This document shows, piece by piece, positions 39,196-50,916 of a DNA stretch of 64,000 bases. This stretch comes from Callorhinchus milii. Taxonomy: Eukaryota. The position numbers and the translations under genes are program-made. The stretch's first letter is position 1, and each line of letters opens with the position of its first letter. The stretch covers positions 26,724,001 to 26,788,000 of the forward strand of contig NW_024704743.1 of assembly GCF_018977255.1 (NCBI RefSeq). The letters run 5' to 3'. Below the pieces are notes generated by a model. The model saw nothing but the letters and a program-made list of their open reading frames with translations, searched no databases and was not told where the DNA came from.

Positions 39196-40365
39196 ATATA
39201 TGTGACAATGCTTTTGTACTGACTGTTGCATTTTTTTTCTCCCGAATAGAAAACCATCCAGTACATTTGTAAATACATTTGCATTTGGAAACAACACATT
39301 TGGATTCACATTTAAATGGGGCTAAAGGGTAATGCATTTGATTTTGCTATTGCATTTATAATATTGCAGAACATTTGCATTCACTCATCTGCATTTGAAC
39401 CCAAGTCTGTTTACAGCGAATGTATTGATGGGAAGGAATGCTTGGACACTATTACTATCTGGGATTAAATGACAATGTTTAGAAATTCAAAGGCATGAAT
39501 AGAAAGTAATTTGTTTATGAATCTGGAACAATAACCCAAATAAGAATTATGTTTAAGATGCAATTTAACCTTTATTAACCCTGCCAAAACTTCAAAAAAT
39601 CAATTGGACTGTCTTTGGAAATTTAAAGGCATGCATGGAAAGCTTCTAATCTTTTGTGCTAGTCAGCTACCATTAATCAGCACCTTAGACATAATGATAA
39701 AAGGAAAAGAAAAACATGAACCTGCCAAGATTAAACGTGTTGATGGGAATAATCGTAAAGAATATGTGTTGTGTAGTTGCATGTTCATTCAGTGCAGCCA
39801 GTCAACTTGGTAATTAACCCACATGAAGTGCTTAGATTGCCAGAACTAAGAGTTTATGGTGTAACGAACAGGATGCACAATGTATTACATTCTTAACAGA
39901 AATATGTCATGTAGCCTCAACTTATTACACTGTCCGTCATCAACACAAATGAGTGCTGCAAACCTCAATTGAACTGTGCAATAGAAAATGGGTATCTTAG
40001 CAAGGATCTAATCATATCACAAATAAATGACTAATGGATCCAAAAGAGAGTGCAAATCATCAGAGATGTTATTTACAAGCACTTCAGTTATTTTGCACAA
40101 AGCTGAATACTGCTACTGGAGTTGTAAGCTTTGGAAGACTGATTAAACTATTGTCCTTTCTTTTTCACAATTGGTCTTAAAGTTACTGTTATTCTTACTC
40201 AGGTGTGCCGTGATGAGAACACACCTGTATATAGATTTACTGCAGTGAAATTTAAACTGTTTACCCAATCAGTCAAACAACTAGGCAATTATACTGGCCA
40301 GTTGATTGCCTTCACAACCTTACTGTTATTTCTCAATACTGTATTCTGAAACTAACAAATCATCT

Positions 40366-40930
40366 AATAATAATCCTTGTATTTGGTAGAACACTTTTAA
40401 TATATGAATGACATCTCAAAATTCTTCACAGAATTATTGTAAAGTGCAGTGCCTGCTTAGTGTGTAGGAGAATGTGGCAGCCAATTTGTGCACAGCAATG
40501 CCCTGCGAACAGCCATGAAGCGAAAGATTAATTTTATTTGGGGGATAGTTGACTTAGGACACTGAGAGAAACTCCCTTCTTTTTGTAATAATACATGGGA
40601 TCATGAACATTCACAAGAACAGGCAGAGGGACCTTAGTTTAATATCTCATTCAAAGGATTGTGTCTCTAATGATATACAGTGTGGGACACTGCTGTGCAC
40701 AATTGGCTGTTGCATTTCACTCGCAAAATATACAGTCAATTCACTTTACAATATATTCTGTGAAGCGCTTTAAGATGTCTCAACAAAGTCATAAGGAGCT
40801 ATATCAAATGCAAGGATTATTATTATTATAATACACTGCTTCCCCAGAACTGTATTGGGCTGCCAGCCTAGATTATGCATTCAAATTCTTGACATTAAAC
40901 TTAAACCCACAGTTACAGACAAGGGTGCTA
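40366..40930 (-). mobile_element. Old Deu-domain SINE with a young SINE 3' half (40681-40829, +) inserted in opposite orientation
   Basis: Tail at 40366 and head remnant (ctgaactaggctgacac) near 40930; the inner segment reads tgtgggacactgctgtgcacaattggctg...atatcaaatgcaaggattatt on +. Confidence 0.8.
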
Positions 40931-42423
40931 GTAACTGAACTAGGCTGACACCTATTTCCAGGTTCAAAATTGAGACCACTTTTTATATCAAAACCAAACA
41001 TTTACTTTGACGCATTATGACAATTCAGGGCAGAAGATGTATCACCTGATTTGAAATATAGGAGTAAATTTTAAGATATTTCTTCTTAAGGTTTTCATTA
41101 TGAAATCTGGAAGAATATGATTCAGACTCGCGAATGCCAATCTGATATATTTTTGGAGGACTGTGTTTCCGCGAGTCGGTATTACATGTGTCAGTGAGTA
41201 TGGAGAAGAAAATGGCAAATGGTTTCGAGTTACAGATTAGTACTGTAATCTGTAACTCAATAAAATCTAATAAAATGGCTGGACAGGGTTGCAAGGCTTA
41301 TTTCTATGTTTCTATGTGCCCCTTGGATGTCCTCCTGAAAAGAACATGAAAAGAGTTATATAATTACAATTTGTTGTTGTTTTTGCGACATAAGGACAGT
41401 TACCGAAAGGAGTTCCCGTTTGGATTTCTTTATTAATTAGAAACCCTGCAAAATTGTCCTCAGAGAGTACAGTGGTTCATGTTATTATCAAGTGCAGCAC
41501 CATAACTGAACTGGTAAATCACTTGCGAAATAGCAGAAAATGTTTCAACCTGATCATTTTATTGGTTATGTTCTTCCTCTAGATTGTATCTTTGTTTTAG
41601 AAGTAGACATCTCTGTTCTCTTTCTCCTTGTTGGTGGGGAAGTAAACAGCTCGTTACATGAGACTCACTCACAGTACTCTTTTCTGTTTAATTCCCCTAA
41701 CTTCTAATTCAACCTTATGGGATCAATAGTGGTGACTATAAATCATGCTCCACGCTCACCATCTGAAATGTCTTTTCTTATTTTTATATTGATCATTAAG
41801 TGGTACACACACTGGAAGAGAACTCTCTCAGCCACTCAGTGACAGAATTCAGATACAAATACTGATAATAGCTTAAACAAGAAGATGCAGAAAATGCCCA
41901 ACGCTGTCGTCAGTCAATGATCAGAGTTTAAGGACTCAAATGGGCAATTCAACTTCAACTGTATTCTGTACGAGTGCGCATAGAATCATTTCATTGCATC
42001 AATTGAGTGATAATTAAGTTGACAAACAAATATGCTGTATACAAAAATGGTTCAGTAAATGGAAAAAACATGCATTTTTTTTACATCACGCTTCATCACA
42101 TTGAAAAGTCTCTAAGCACTTCTCAGGTAATTAGCATCAAGTGGAATGACTTTTCTGAACACAAATGTGGCTGCCAGCAAAGTCCCACAGAAAGCCATGA
42201 GGTGAATGGCCAATTAATCTCGAGATTATTGGCCAAGTCACTGTGCAAAACCTGCTTCATTTTTCAAATAGATTCACAGCATCTTCAAGGTTCATGTGAA
42301 GTACAAGCAGACAGCAATGTGGTGCAAGATCTGATATGAAAGGTAACCCCTCCAGCAATGCAACACTCCACCGGCACTGAACTAGAATGTCACTGAGCTA
42401 TGCAATCACAAGGCAACTATAGC

Positions 42424-43336
42424 AAAAACATAACACAAAAAATACTGCAGATGCTAGAAATCTGAAAACAAAAACAGAAGTCGCTGGGAACACTGAACAG
42501 GTCAGGCAGCATCTATGGAGAAAGGAAAGTGAGTCAATGTTTCAGGTCCACGACCCTTCGTCAGAACTGGGGCATGTTGGGAAGGAGAGGCTTTTAAGGG
42601 CTAACAGAGAAGGGGGAGGCAGGGCAAGGAAGAGAAAGGAGAAAATGGGGTAGAGGACAGGGATGATGGGTTAGAGAGGTGTTAATGATGCAGAAAAAAA
42701 GGGGGGAATGCATCAAAGCAGGGGAATAATACTGCAGAACAAAAGGGCGGGGAAAAAATAACTTGCAACAAAACAGGTAGATCAGGGAGAGAAACAACAA
42801 TAACAACAGCAAGATTTCATTTATAGAGCGCCTTTCACGTCGGGAGGACGTCCCAAGGCCCAAACAGTTGGGTCCAGACCTGAGCAGGGGGGAAATGGTC
42901 AGGGTGAGGGGAGGGAAGGGAGGGAGAAAAGGTGTGTCTGGGACCAAAATGATGTGGTAATGGTCACACAAGAGGGGGATGGGCAAGGTGATATGGTCTG
43001 AAATTGTTGAAATCAGTATTGAGGCCAGAGGGCTGTAAGGTCCCTAGAAGATAGATGAGGTCCTATTCCTCCAGCTTGCGCTGTGGCTCATTGGTACAGC
43101 ATAGTAGACCGTGGATGGAGAGATCAGAGTGCGAGTGGGAGGGAAAGTTGAAATGGCAAGAAAAATGGAAGCTCAGGGTTGTGCTTGTGGACAGAACAAC
43201 AAGAACAATAAAATTACATTTGTATAGCGCCTTTCACGTCGGGAGGATGTCCTAAGGCGCTAATGGAGGTGTTCGGCAAATCGGTCACCCAATCTGTGTT
43301 TCGTCTCCCCAGTGCAGAAGAGACCACATCGTGAAA
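42424..43336 (-). mobile_element. Penelope-like element 3' fragment: GIY-YIG endonuclease remnant plus terminal repeat with hammerhead motif
   Basis: Manual minus-strand translation SRCGLFCTGETKHRLGDRFAEHL|RSVHKHNPELP-(frameshift)-CHFNFPSHSHSDLSIHGLLCCTNEPQRKLEE*DLIYLLGTLQPSGLNTDFNNFR resembles the PLE GIY-YIG C-terminus; terminal repeat 42424-42570; two L2 tails inserted (42793-42900, 43198-43264). Confidence 0.88.
42532..42568 (-). ncRNA. Minimal type-I hammerhead ribozyme motif (PLE-associated, one core substitution)
   Basis: AGUU-CUGACGA-A-GGGUC-gug-GACCU-GAAA-C-A-U-U-GACU; stem I AGUU/GACU, stem II GGGUC/GACCU. Confidence 0.65.
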
Positions 43337-43579
43337 CATGATTTATATATCACCTTTCATCCAGAATAGCATCTTGAACACTGCATCGTGGCAGGGTTGG
43401 AGAAGGGGGAGAGAATTGGAGGTGAGGTTAAAGAGGTAGGTATTAAACTAGGAGGATGATACAGGTTGGCCAAAATTGTTTAGATCAGATAATTGTCATA
43501 CCTATCTATCACGATGGGCTTTAATTGAAGTGCCTAGAAAACATAGAATATTCCTTCAAACACAAGTTTCAAACACAAG

Positions 43580-43775
43580 AAATTCCTCCAAAAAAATAAA
43601 TAAATTGGTCACTCAATCCATGACTGTTTGTGGGACTTTGCTGTGTGCAATTGGCAGCCACATTTTGCCCACAAAATATATAGTCAATTCACTTTACAGT
43701 ATATTCTGTAAAGCGCTTTGAGATATCTCGAAAATGTGATAAGGCGCTATATCAAATGCAAGGATTATTTATTTT
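43580..43775 (+). mobile_element. Young SINE 3' half
   Basis: aaattggtcactcaatccatgactgtttgtgggactttgctgtgtgcaattggc...ggcgctatatcaaatgcaaggattatt. Confidence 0.88.
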
Positions 43776-44224
43776 CTATAAAGAATAGTGCAATGTTGGG
43801 TCTTGAAACCCCAACTCTCTGATTCAGAGGTGAGAGAACTCCCAACTGAGCTAAACTTACATGTCTACACCTGAGCTTCCCAGTTACAAATGTGATTACA
43901 ATCAGCTCTATTGGCCTGCTGCTCTGTAGTGCCAATGGGAAGGAAAAGACCATCTTACCACAGGAAAGAAAATGATTTTATTGTTCTGCCACAAGCTTGT
44001 CTCCTTTTAATTGAGCACAAACTGAGAATGTTGCTGACAGTAAGAGTAAAATATGTGACCTATTTGTTTATTCATGCAGCTGAAAGTGAATGAGTGGAAG
44101 GTCTGTGAGGAAAAATCACAATAGGTGGAATAAAAATGGAATGCACAAGATCTAAAGAGAATTCATGCTGTTGTACAATAAATAGTTCTACCTGTTTATC
44201 TGGAATAGGTCCGCTCCTCGAATA

Positions 44225-44668
44225 CCCCAGTCCTTGCCAGACTGCACTGGCTGCGTGTCCCAGAGAGGTTGACTTCAAGATCCTCACCATTGTCTTCAAA
44301 TCCCTCCACTCCTCTGCACCCCCCTACCTCTCTGACCTCCTCTCTCCTCAAAACAGTGCCCATTGCCTTCATTCCTCTGGGTCTGGCCTCCTCCTTGTCC
44401 CCCAAGTCCTCCGCTCTACCCCTGGTGGCCGTGCCTTCAGCCACTATGCCCCGAGGCTTGGAACTCCTTTCCTCACTCCCTTCGCCTCGCCCCCGCTCTT
44501 CCTATTTTCAGGTCTCTGCTGATGACCTTTCTTTTCGACGCGCCTTTGGTCACCTTCTTCCCCCTCCCACTGGCTCGGCCCCGGGATCCGTTACCGTGAA
44601 GCGCTCTGAGACGTCATCCAGCGTGGAGGTCGCTATATAAATCCAAGTTGTTGTTGTTGTTGTTGTTG
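44225..44668 (+). mobile_element. Young L2 3' fragment (type A tail)
   Basis: VDFKILTIVFKSLHSSAPPYLSDLL...GRAFSHYAPRL; tail gctatataaatccaag(ttg)n. Confidence 0.95.
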
Positions 44669-44764
44669 GAAGGTTGCTAAACCCAAGGGTTGACATGAAA
44701 CAGAAAACAGAAACAGAAAACAATTTGAGAATTGGAGATCTTCAGCCACACCCTCAATAACAAT

Positions 44765-45125
44765 AGTTCACTGCATTGAGCTGGCTGTATTGGCTCCAAT
44801 CTCCGCACTCCCCAGTCCACCACCTAATGCCTCCACTCGACTGGCACCAGCCTCCTGCTCATCCCTCGCATGCTCTGCTCCACCATTGAAGGTCACGCTT
44901 TCAGCTACTATGCCCGAAACTCTGGAACACACTCCATCAATCCCCCCGTCTTGCTCCCTCTCTCCCCTTTTTCAAGTCCCCGCTTGAAAACCTTACTCTT
45001 TGACCGAGCTTATGGCAACCTCTCTCCCCAACCTCCCCTCCCACCATTCCCTCCCAACTCGGAGTCAGGCTCTGCCACTTATAAGCGCTCTGAGACACTA
45101 TCCTGCGTGGAGGGCACTATATACG
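44765..45125 (+). mobile_element. L2 3' fragment (type C tail)
   Basis: ORF 44870..45130 STIEGHAFSYYA...RLKTLLFDRAYG; tail agcgctctgagacactatcctgcgtggagggcactata. Confidence 0.85.
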
Positions 45126-45127
45126 TG

Positions 45128-45437
45128 TAATAGTAATCCTTGCATTTGATATAGTGTCTTATCACGTCGTTGAGACGTCTCAAAGCGCTTCACAGAATAT
45201 ACTGTAAAGTGAATTGACTGTGTATTTTGTGTGTGAAACACGGCAGCCATTTGCGCACAGCAGTGTCCCACAAACAGTCATGGAATGAAGTGACCAATTT
45301 ATTATTTTTTTTCTTGAGGGATTATTATCAGGCATGTGGAGAAGGAAACTTGCCCAAGGTTTCACCCCCTACTGGGAATCAAACCCAGGTCTCTCGATTG
45401 CAAGGCCAGTGCTCTAACCACTGAGCCACAGGACCCC
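45128..45437 (-). mobile_element. Young tRNA-derived SINE, short form, abutting the L2 tail
   Basis: Complete head-to-tail copy; shares the cctgataataatccctcaagaaa variant with 4679-4988. Confidence 0.92.
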
Positions 45438-45467
45438 AAGTTGGTCTTGTTGGCTTTCCTCGCACAC

Positions 45468-46513
45468 ACAGTTTGCATGGATATTCAACGTGGCATACAA
45501 ATCTGTTGTATACAGCATACTCGTGCAATGTTCCTTTGCTTATAGATTGAACCAGCTCGAAAATGAAATGGTAGAATTAGTTTTTGTATTGTTACATAAA
45601 CCAGCAATGCTAACTATCAGACGGCTTAACTCCTTTCACCCATGACATCCTGACACCCTGAATTTCTATAAACATTGCAATTTTATGGAATTAAAACGTT
45701 ATGATTCAGAGCCTCAAAATATTCCATGATCTTAGCCTAAAGACCATTGGGTTCATCCACAAGGTACACGGTCACTGCATTTCACAGTATATCTTGTGAA
45801 GTGCTTTGAGATGGCCTCCCAAAGTGAACGGCTCTATATCAAATGTAATAATCATTATTATTTTCATTGTCTTAAAATTTATGATAGTCCAACATTTTAA
45901 GAAATTCTTAAACTTGGAATTAATTTGGTAACTGTTTTCTTACCCTTTTTAAGAACTGGCTTCTAAATTCGACAGAATTGAAGAATTTGTCAAAATTCCT
46001 CAAGATCAAATACCAACACGAGAAAATGCACTGAATGGTTTCTTCCCACATTGTACATTTCTTTGGTTGTGTGGTTCTATGTTACATTGTAAGTCAATCT
46101 TAAGGATTAAACTACAAAAGATTTTGGACTTCTCTTTGCAGAGGTAACAACAATGGAATGAACATGGGTTCTTCATCCCATTGCTTCTAAATGGTAGCTA
46201 ACAATTTGAAGACACTTAAATGTAGAAGACAATGTGGGTTGGAAAGAGAATACTGTATAAACCTCCACATTATCTGAAGAAGAACAAATATCTTCACGGT
46301 CATTGCAGCTTAAAGCAAAGTGCAAAACAAAATCCTTGACGCATTCCATTTGGATGACATTACATTTAAAGTCAGAGGAATTCAAATAAAGAAGGCATTA
46401 AAGAAAATATCTTCAGCTGACAGCTTGCATGGATATTCAATGTAGCATCAAAATCTTTTATACAAAGCATACTCGTACAATGCTCCTTTGCTTATAGATT
46501 GAACCAACTGGAA
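45468..46513 (+). repeat. Dispersed direct repeat pair of about 95 bp (45468-45562 and 46420-46513)
   Basis: Both read acag(t/c)ttgcatggatattcaa...agcatactcgt(g/a)caatg(t/c)tcctttgcttatagattgaacca. Confidence 0.85.
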
Positions 46514-47595
46514 TATTCCCACTAGCACACGTGTTTTCTAATCGTTAATTGAGTCTAGAGTTCTTACCTGGAATTCTAGGGCAGAGTTTTCAGTAATTAT
46601 AATTAGCAGTTGGAGTTAGTGAGTTTCCAATAGCAATTATTGTGGTGGAAAAACATTACAGTGTTCTACTTCAGCAAGGGCAGATTTTTCTTTCCTGTGC
46701 ACCTCATATATTGAATTTGTTCCTGTGGGATTTGTGATATTATGCAGTGTTACATTTAATGCTTTTTTTCTCCTACATATTTAAAAATATCTTGAATCTA
46801 ATTTTAAAAGTATATTTTTTAGATCTAATTTCAAATAATTTCAAGTTCCATTACTGCCATGTATAATTGCACAGGACACATTAGAAAATGTGATAAATTA
46901 CTGAATGGAGTATAAAGGTACTTAATCCATGTCAACATGTAGTGTGTTGTGCAGAATAATTCTCCCACCCCACCCCACCATCAACACTCAAACTTGCATT
47001 AACTCCTGATTTGTAATTATGCCTTTATTTAATCCATTCTGTAGCACCAGGTCTTCGAACCCAAAGGAATGACAAGTTAGGAACTATTCTCCCTGATGTT
47101 ACATTTTATGAGTAGGAAAATTGAACATAATGGAAGTAAATTATTTGTCACATTTCATATCACATTGAATCAGTTAAGAAATATTGCAAATCTATTTAAG
47201 TCTGTCTGTCTGTCTACCCATGGCCACACCATAGACATCACCACTCAGAAACAAAACATTGATTTAAAGCAGACTAACCCAGACTAGGGTGAATGTTTGC
47301 TGGGCCACTTCCAGGCTACGGTCCATGGGTTGCCAACCACTTGAGTAGACATTCCTAGATTTATCTAGATTTATTCTATTTCATTTGACAAATTCTTAAA
47401 ATAAGTCTTAATTTTAAAGCATTTTTTGTAAGTTCTTTTAATTCTACACATTCTGAAACCTTAAGAAAATAGAATAAAAATGCTAGACCCAGTGAAATTT
47501 CTCCATTCCTCATATTCTACGATTTTTTAAAAAAAGGTGAGTTTGTGAGTCTATTTGTTAATTTAGACCTTTCTTTCATTGTATGTTTCTATATC

Positions 47596-47871
47596 AATAA
47601 TAATAATAATCTTTGCATTTGATATAGTGTTTTTCATGTCTTCGAGATGTCTCAAAGCACTTCACAGAATATACTGTAAAGTGAATTGATTGTATATTTG
47701 TGGGCGAAACATGACAGCCAATTGCGCGCAGCAGTGTCCCACAAACAGTCGTGGATTGAAAGTGACCAATTTATTATTGTTTTGTTTTTTTGGAGGAATT
47801 ATTATTAGGCGTGTGGGGTAAGGAAACTTGCCCAAGATTTCGCCCTGCCTGGAATTGAACCCAGGTGTCTC
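47596..47871 (-). mobile_element. Young SINE, short form, head truncated
   Basis: Tail through B box (plus strand ggaattgaaccc); same diagnostic linker as the 5972 and 49722 copies. Confidence 0.9.
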
Positions 47872-47924
47872 AGTACACTTATACTTGTGAATCTAATAGT
47901 TTAATATGCATTCATATCATGAAT

Positions 47925-48300
47925 GATTGCAAAGGCTAGGGCTATTTTCTGTGGAGCTGAAATAATCGAGAAGGGGACCTGATGCATGTATTTAAAATAA
48001 AGAAAGGATTTGACAATGTGATCACAAACTTCCATTTGTTGGAGAGTCCAAAGCAAGGGAGCATGCATATAAGATAGCTACTAGCAGATCGAAAAGGGAG
48101 TTTAGTAGGAACTTCTTTACACAGATGTGATATTCACTCACAGAACCTGTGATTGAAGCAGAAAGCATAAATGCATTTAAGAGAAAATTCTATGCATATT
48201 TGAGAGAGAAGGACATGGAGTGATATGGGAGGCGGTTAAGGAAAGGGGTGGAGGTTTGTGTGAAATATGAACATCAGCCTTGACTAGTTGAGCCAAATAA
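47925..48300 (+). mobile_element. Old CR1 3' fragment
   Basis: aggctagggctattttctgtggagctgaa...ggggacctgatgcatgtatttaaaata (CR1 RLGLFS...RGDL motif) and 3'UTR. Confidence 0.8.
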
Positions 48301-49721
48301 CCAAACAAATAGATAAATAATATGTACTCCTAGGCATAGATATATTGTAGCAAAACAATTTTGAATCTGTTGACCACTAAGAGTACAGAATGTCTTCCAG
48401 AAAGAATGCAAACAGAAAAGTCACATTTCCACTCGTCTAATGGATAGAGTTCAACATCCCTAGATCACCAAGTGATACGGGTAATTATTCTGTCTTTAAA
48501 TTTCTGAATAGAATGAGATAGGATTCCAGGCAATAACACTTACGAGGAAGGAATTTCACAGGAAGGAGAAACTATGCGTTTTGCGCTAGTGCTTTGTATT
48601 ATATTTTGTATTGCTGTCTTCTGGCGTGTTTGCTATAAAACCTGCTTCAAGCAACAGATATGAGAAGCCCTGTCATGCTGGCTGCTGCAGTATCTGCGCA
48701 GTGTTATTGCTGAACGTCTGCTTGGGCTCTCTCTGTCTTAGCCATGTTTCCAAATGAAACTGCAAGGCTAGCCTGCTCATTCCAAATGAGCAATTATAAA
48801 TTATTTAATTTACGTCTGAAAAAGAACTGGTCCTTATCTCATTAATTTGGCACTTCTCCTGTTATATGAATATAACTATGGGCATCTTGCCATCTTTCTG
48901 CCATCCCTTTCATCGAAAAGTTTTTTCGCAAAAAATTCCTTTCCATATAACTTGTACTCATGTTCTATATTTATGGCTGTTTGCCTTAGCTAGTTAGGCT
49001 CTTAAGTGCTATTTAAACAGTGGTTAACCATCATTTAAATTGTCTCTTACTAAATCATCCTTTAAATAATTGATGTTAAATTATGCAAATGTGAGAAAAA
49101 TCAATGTCAAAGAACACAATGTTAATAATGTCATGATTAGAAGTCGACTTGTCATATATAGATAAAGTCAAAATATTAAGATTCTAATGAGCACAAAAAC
49201 AATGACCAGAAAGATTTTTTTAATATAAAAATGACTTCCTGTGTGAGCAACTTCTTTTGATTTGTTTTAATGTCAAATCTGATATATTGGTGAGACACTT
49301 GGAATTTTCAGTACAATTATCACTGACATGACTGACAGAGTCCCACCAGAAACAAATATGTCAGTGTTTTGAGGAAAAATGGGAGGATTTGGAAATTAAT
49401 TTTAAGATGTTCAATTCTCAGTCAGGTTTTTTTTAAAGCAAGGTAAGAAATAGTTCAGCTTTGCGGATGACATTCTTTAGACACATCCCCAAGGCACCTC
49501 ATACCCTCATATTATCTCAATCCCACCCCCCAAACCCCTCAATGATCCTCCCAATACCCTCCATGGTTCTTTATAACACATTCCTTCCAACAAGCCCAAT
49601 ATGGATTCTGCTAAGCCATTGCTCCCAGCAGAGCATTCCATATCCTAACTACTCGGTGCATGAAAACAATGCCCCTAACCTCCCCATTTGCTTATTTATT
49701 AATTGTGCTAAATTGATGTCA

Positions 49722-50106
49722 CCTGTAGCTCAGTGGTTAGAGCACTCGCTTTGCAAGTGAGAGACCTGGGTTCAATTCCAGGCAGGTCAGGGCGAAACCT
49801 TGGGCAAGTTTCCTTACTCCACACGCCTAATAATAATCCCTCCAAAAAAACGAAACAATAATAAATTGGTCATTTTCAATCCATGACTGTTTGTGGGACA
49901 TTGCTGTGCGCAATTGTCTGCCGCGTTCGCCCACAAATATACAGTCAATTCACTTTACAGTATATTCTGTGAAGCGCTTTGGGACGTTTAGAAGACGTGA
50001 AAAGCGCTATATCAAACGCAAGGATTATTATTATATTCTTTGAAGTGGTTTGAGACATCTCAAAGAAATGATAAGGCGCTTTATCATAATGCAAGGATTA
50101 TTATTA
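49722..50106 (+). mobile_element. Young SINE, short form (49722-50033), followed by a second SINE tail
   Basis: cctgtagctcagtggttagagcactcgctttgcaagtgagagacctgggttcaattcc...; extra tail 50040-50106. Confidence 0.92.
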
Positions 50107-50570
50107 CCCAGTGGAAATAATTTCTCCCTACTGACTTTATCAAAACTCCAAATAATCACCCCTCAATATTTTTTGTTCCAGTCTCCATTCATAGGCCAAA
50201 CCACTCATTCCCAGTAACATCCTTTGCACCCCCTCTATTGCCATAACATTTTTCCTAAAGTGGGGTGACCAATACTGGACACAATATTCTAACTGTGGTT
50301 TAACTGGCAATGTATTTAAGTTTAGCATCACCTCTTTGCTTTTATACTCTATATCCATAGTTATAAAACCTAAGATTCCATAAGCTTTTTTGACAATTTT
50401 GTCCACCTTTAAGGATTTATATATGTTAACCCCTTCTTTTGCACTTCCACTCCTTTTAATATTTTAGCACCCAAAATATTCTTGTTCTCCTTACTCTTCC
50501 TCCCAATATGTACAACCTCACAATTGTCCACATTAAATTTAATTTCCCATCTTTCTGCCCAATCAACTAA
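50107..50570 (-). mobile_element. CR1 ORF2 fragment
   Basis: ORF 50140..50406 KKAYGILGFI...EYKSKEVMLNL...PQLEYCVQYWSPHFRK. Confidence 0.9.
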
Positions 50571-50916
50571 TTCATACGGAATCACTCATGCTTATTTTTT
50601 ATTTTAAAGTATCACTTTGTTTGATGTATCTCACTTTAAAACTGAATACAGTGATGCACATTTGAATGGGTTCCAATGTTTTTGATCATAAATCTCCTGA
50701 AATCTCTGATGTTGACCGCTCTGAGCATGTGAGGGAAAGGAACATTTCTCTTCCAGTTAAGTAGAAAGCATAGTGGTTGTAACTCAACTTGCTATTTTAT
50801 AGTTAATTCACCATCTTCAGAAGAGCAAGAAAAAACAGAGGGAATCATTGATTTCTTATAGTGGCTGTAGCCAAAGATCAGGCACTCTCCCATAATCATT
50901 TCTCCATTAACCGGGT

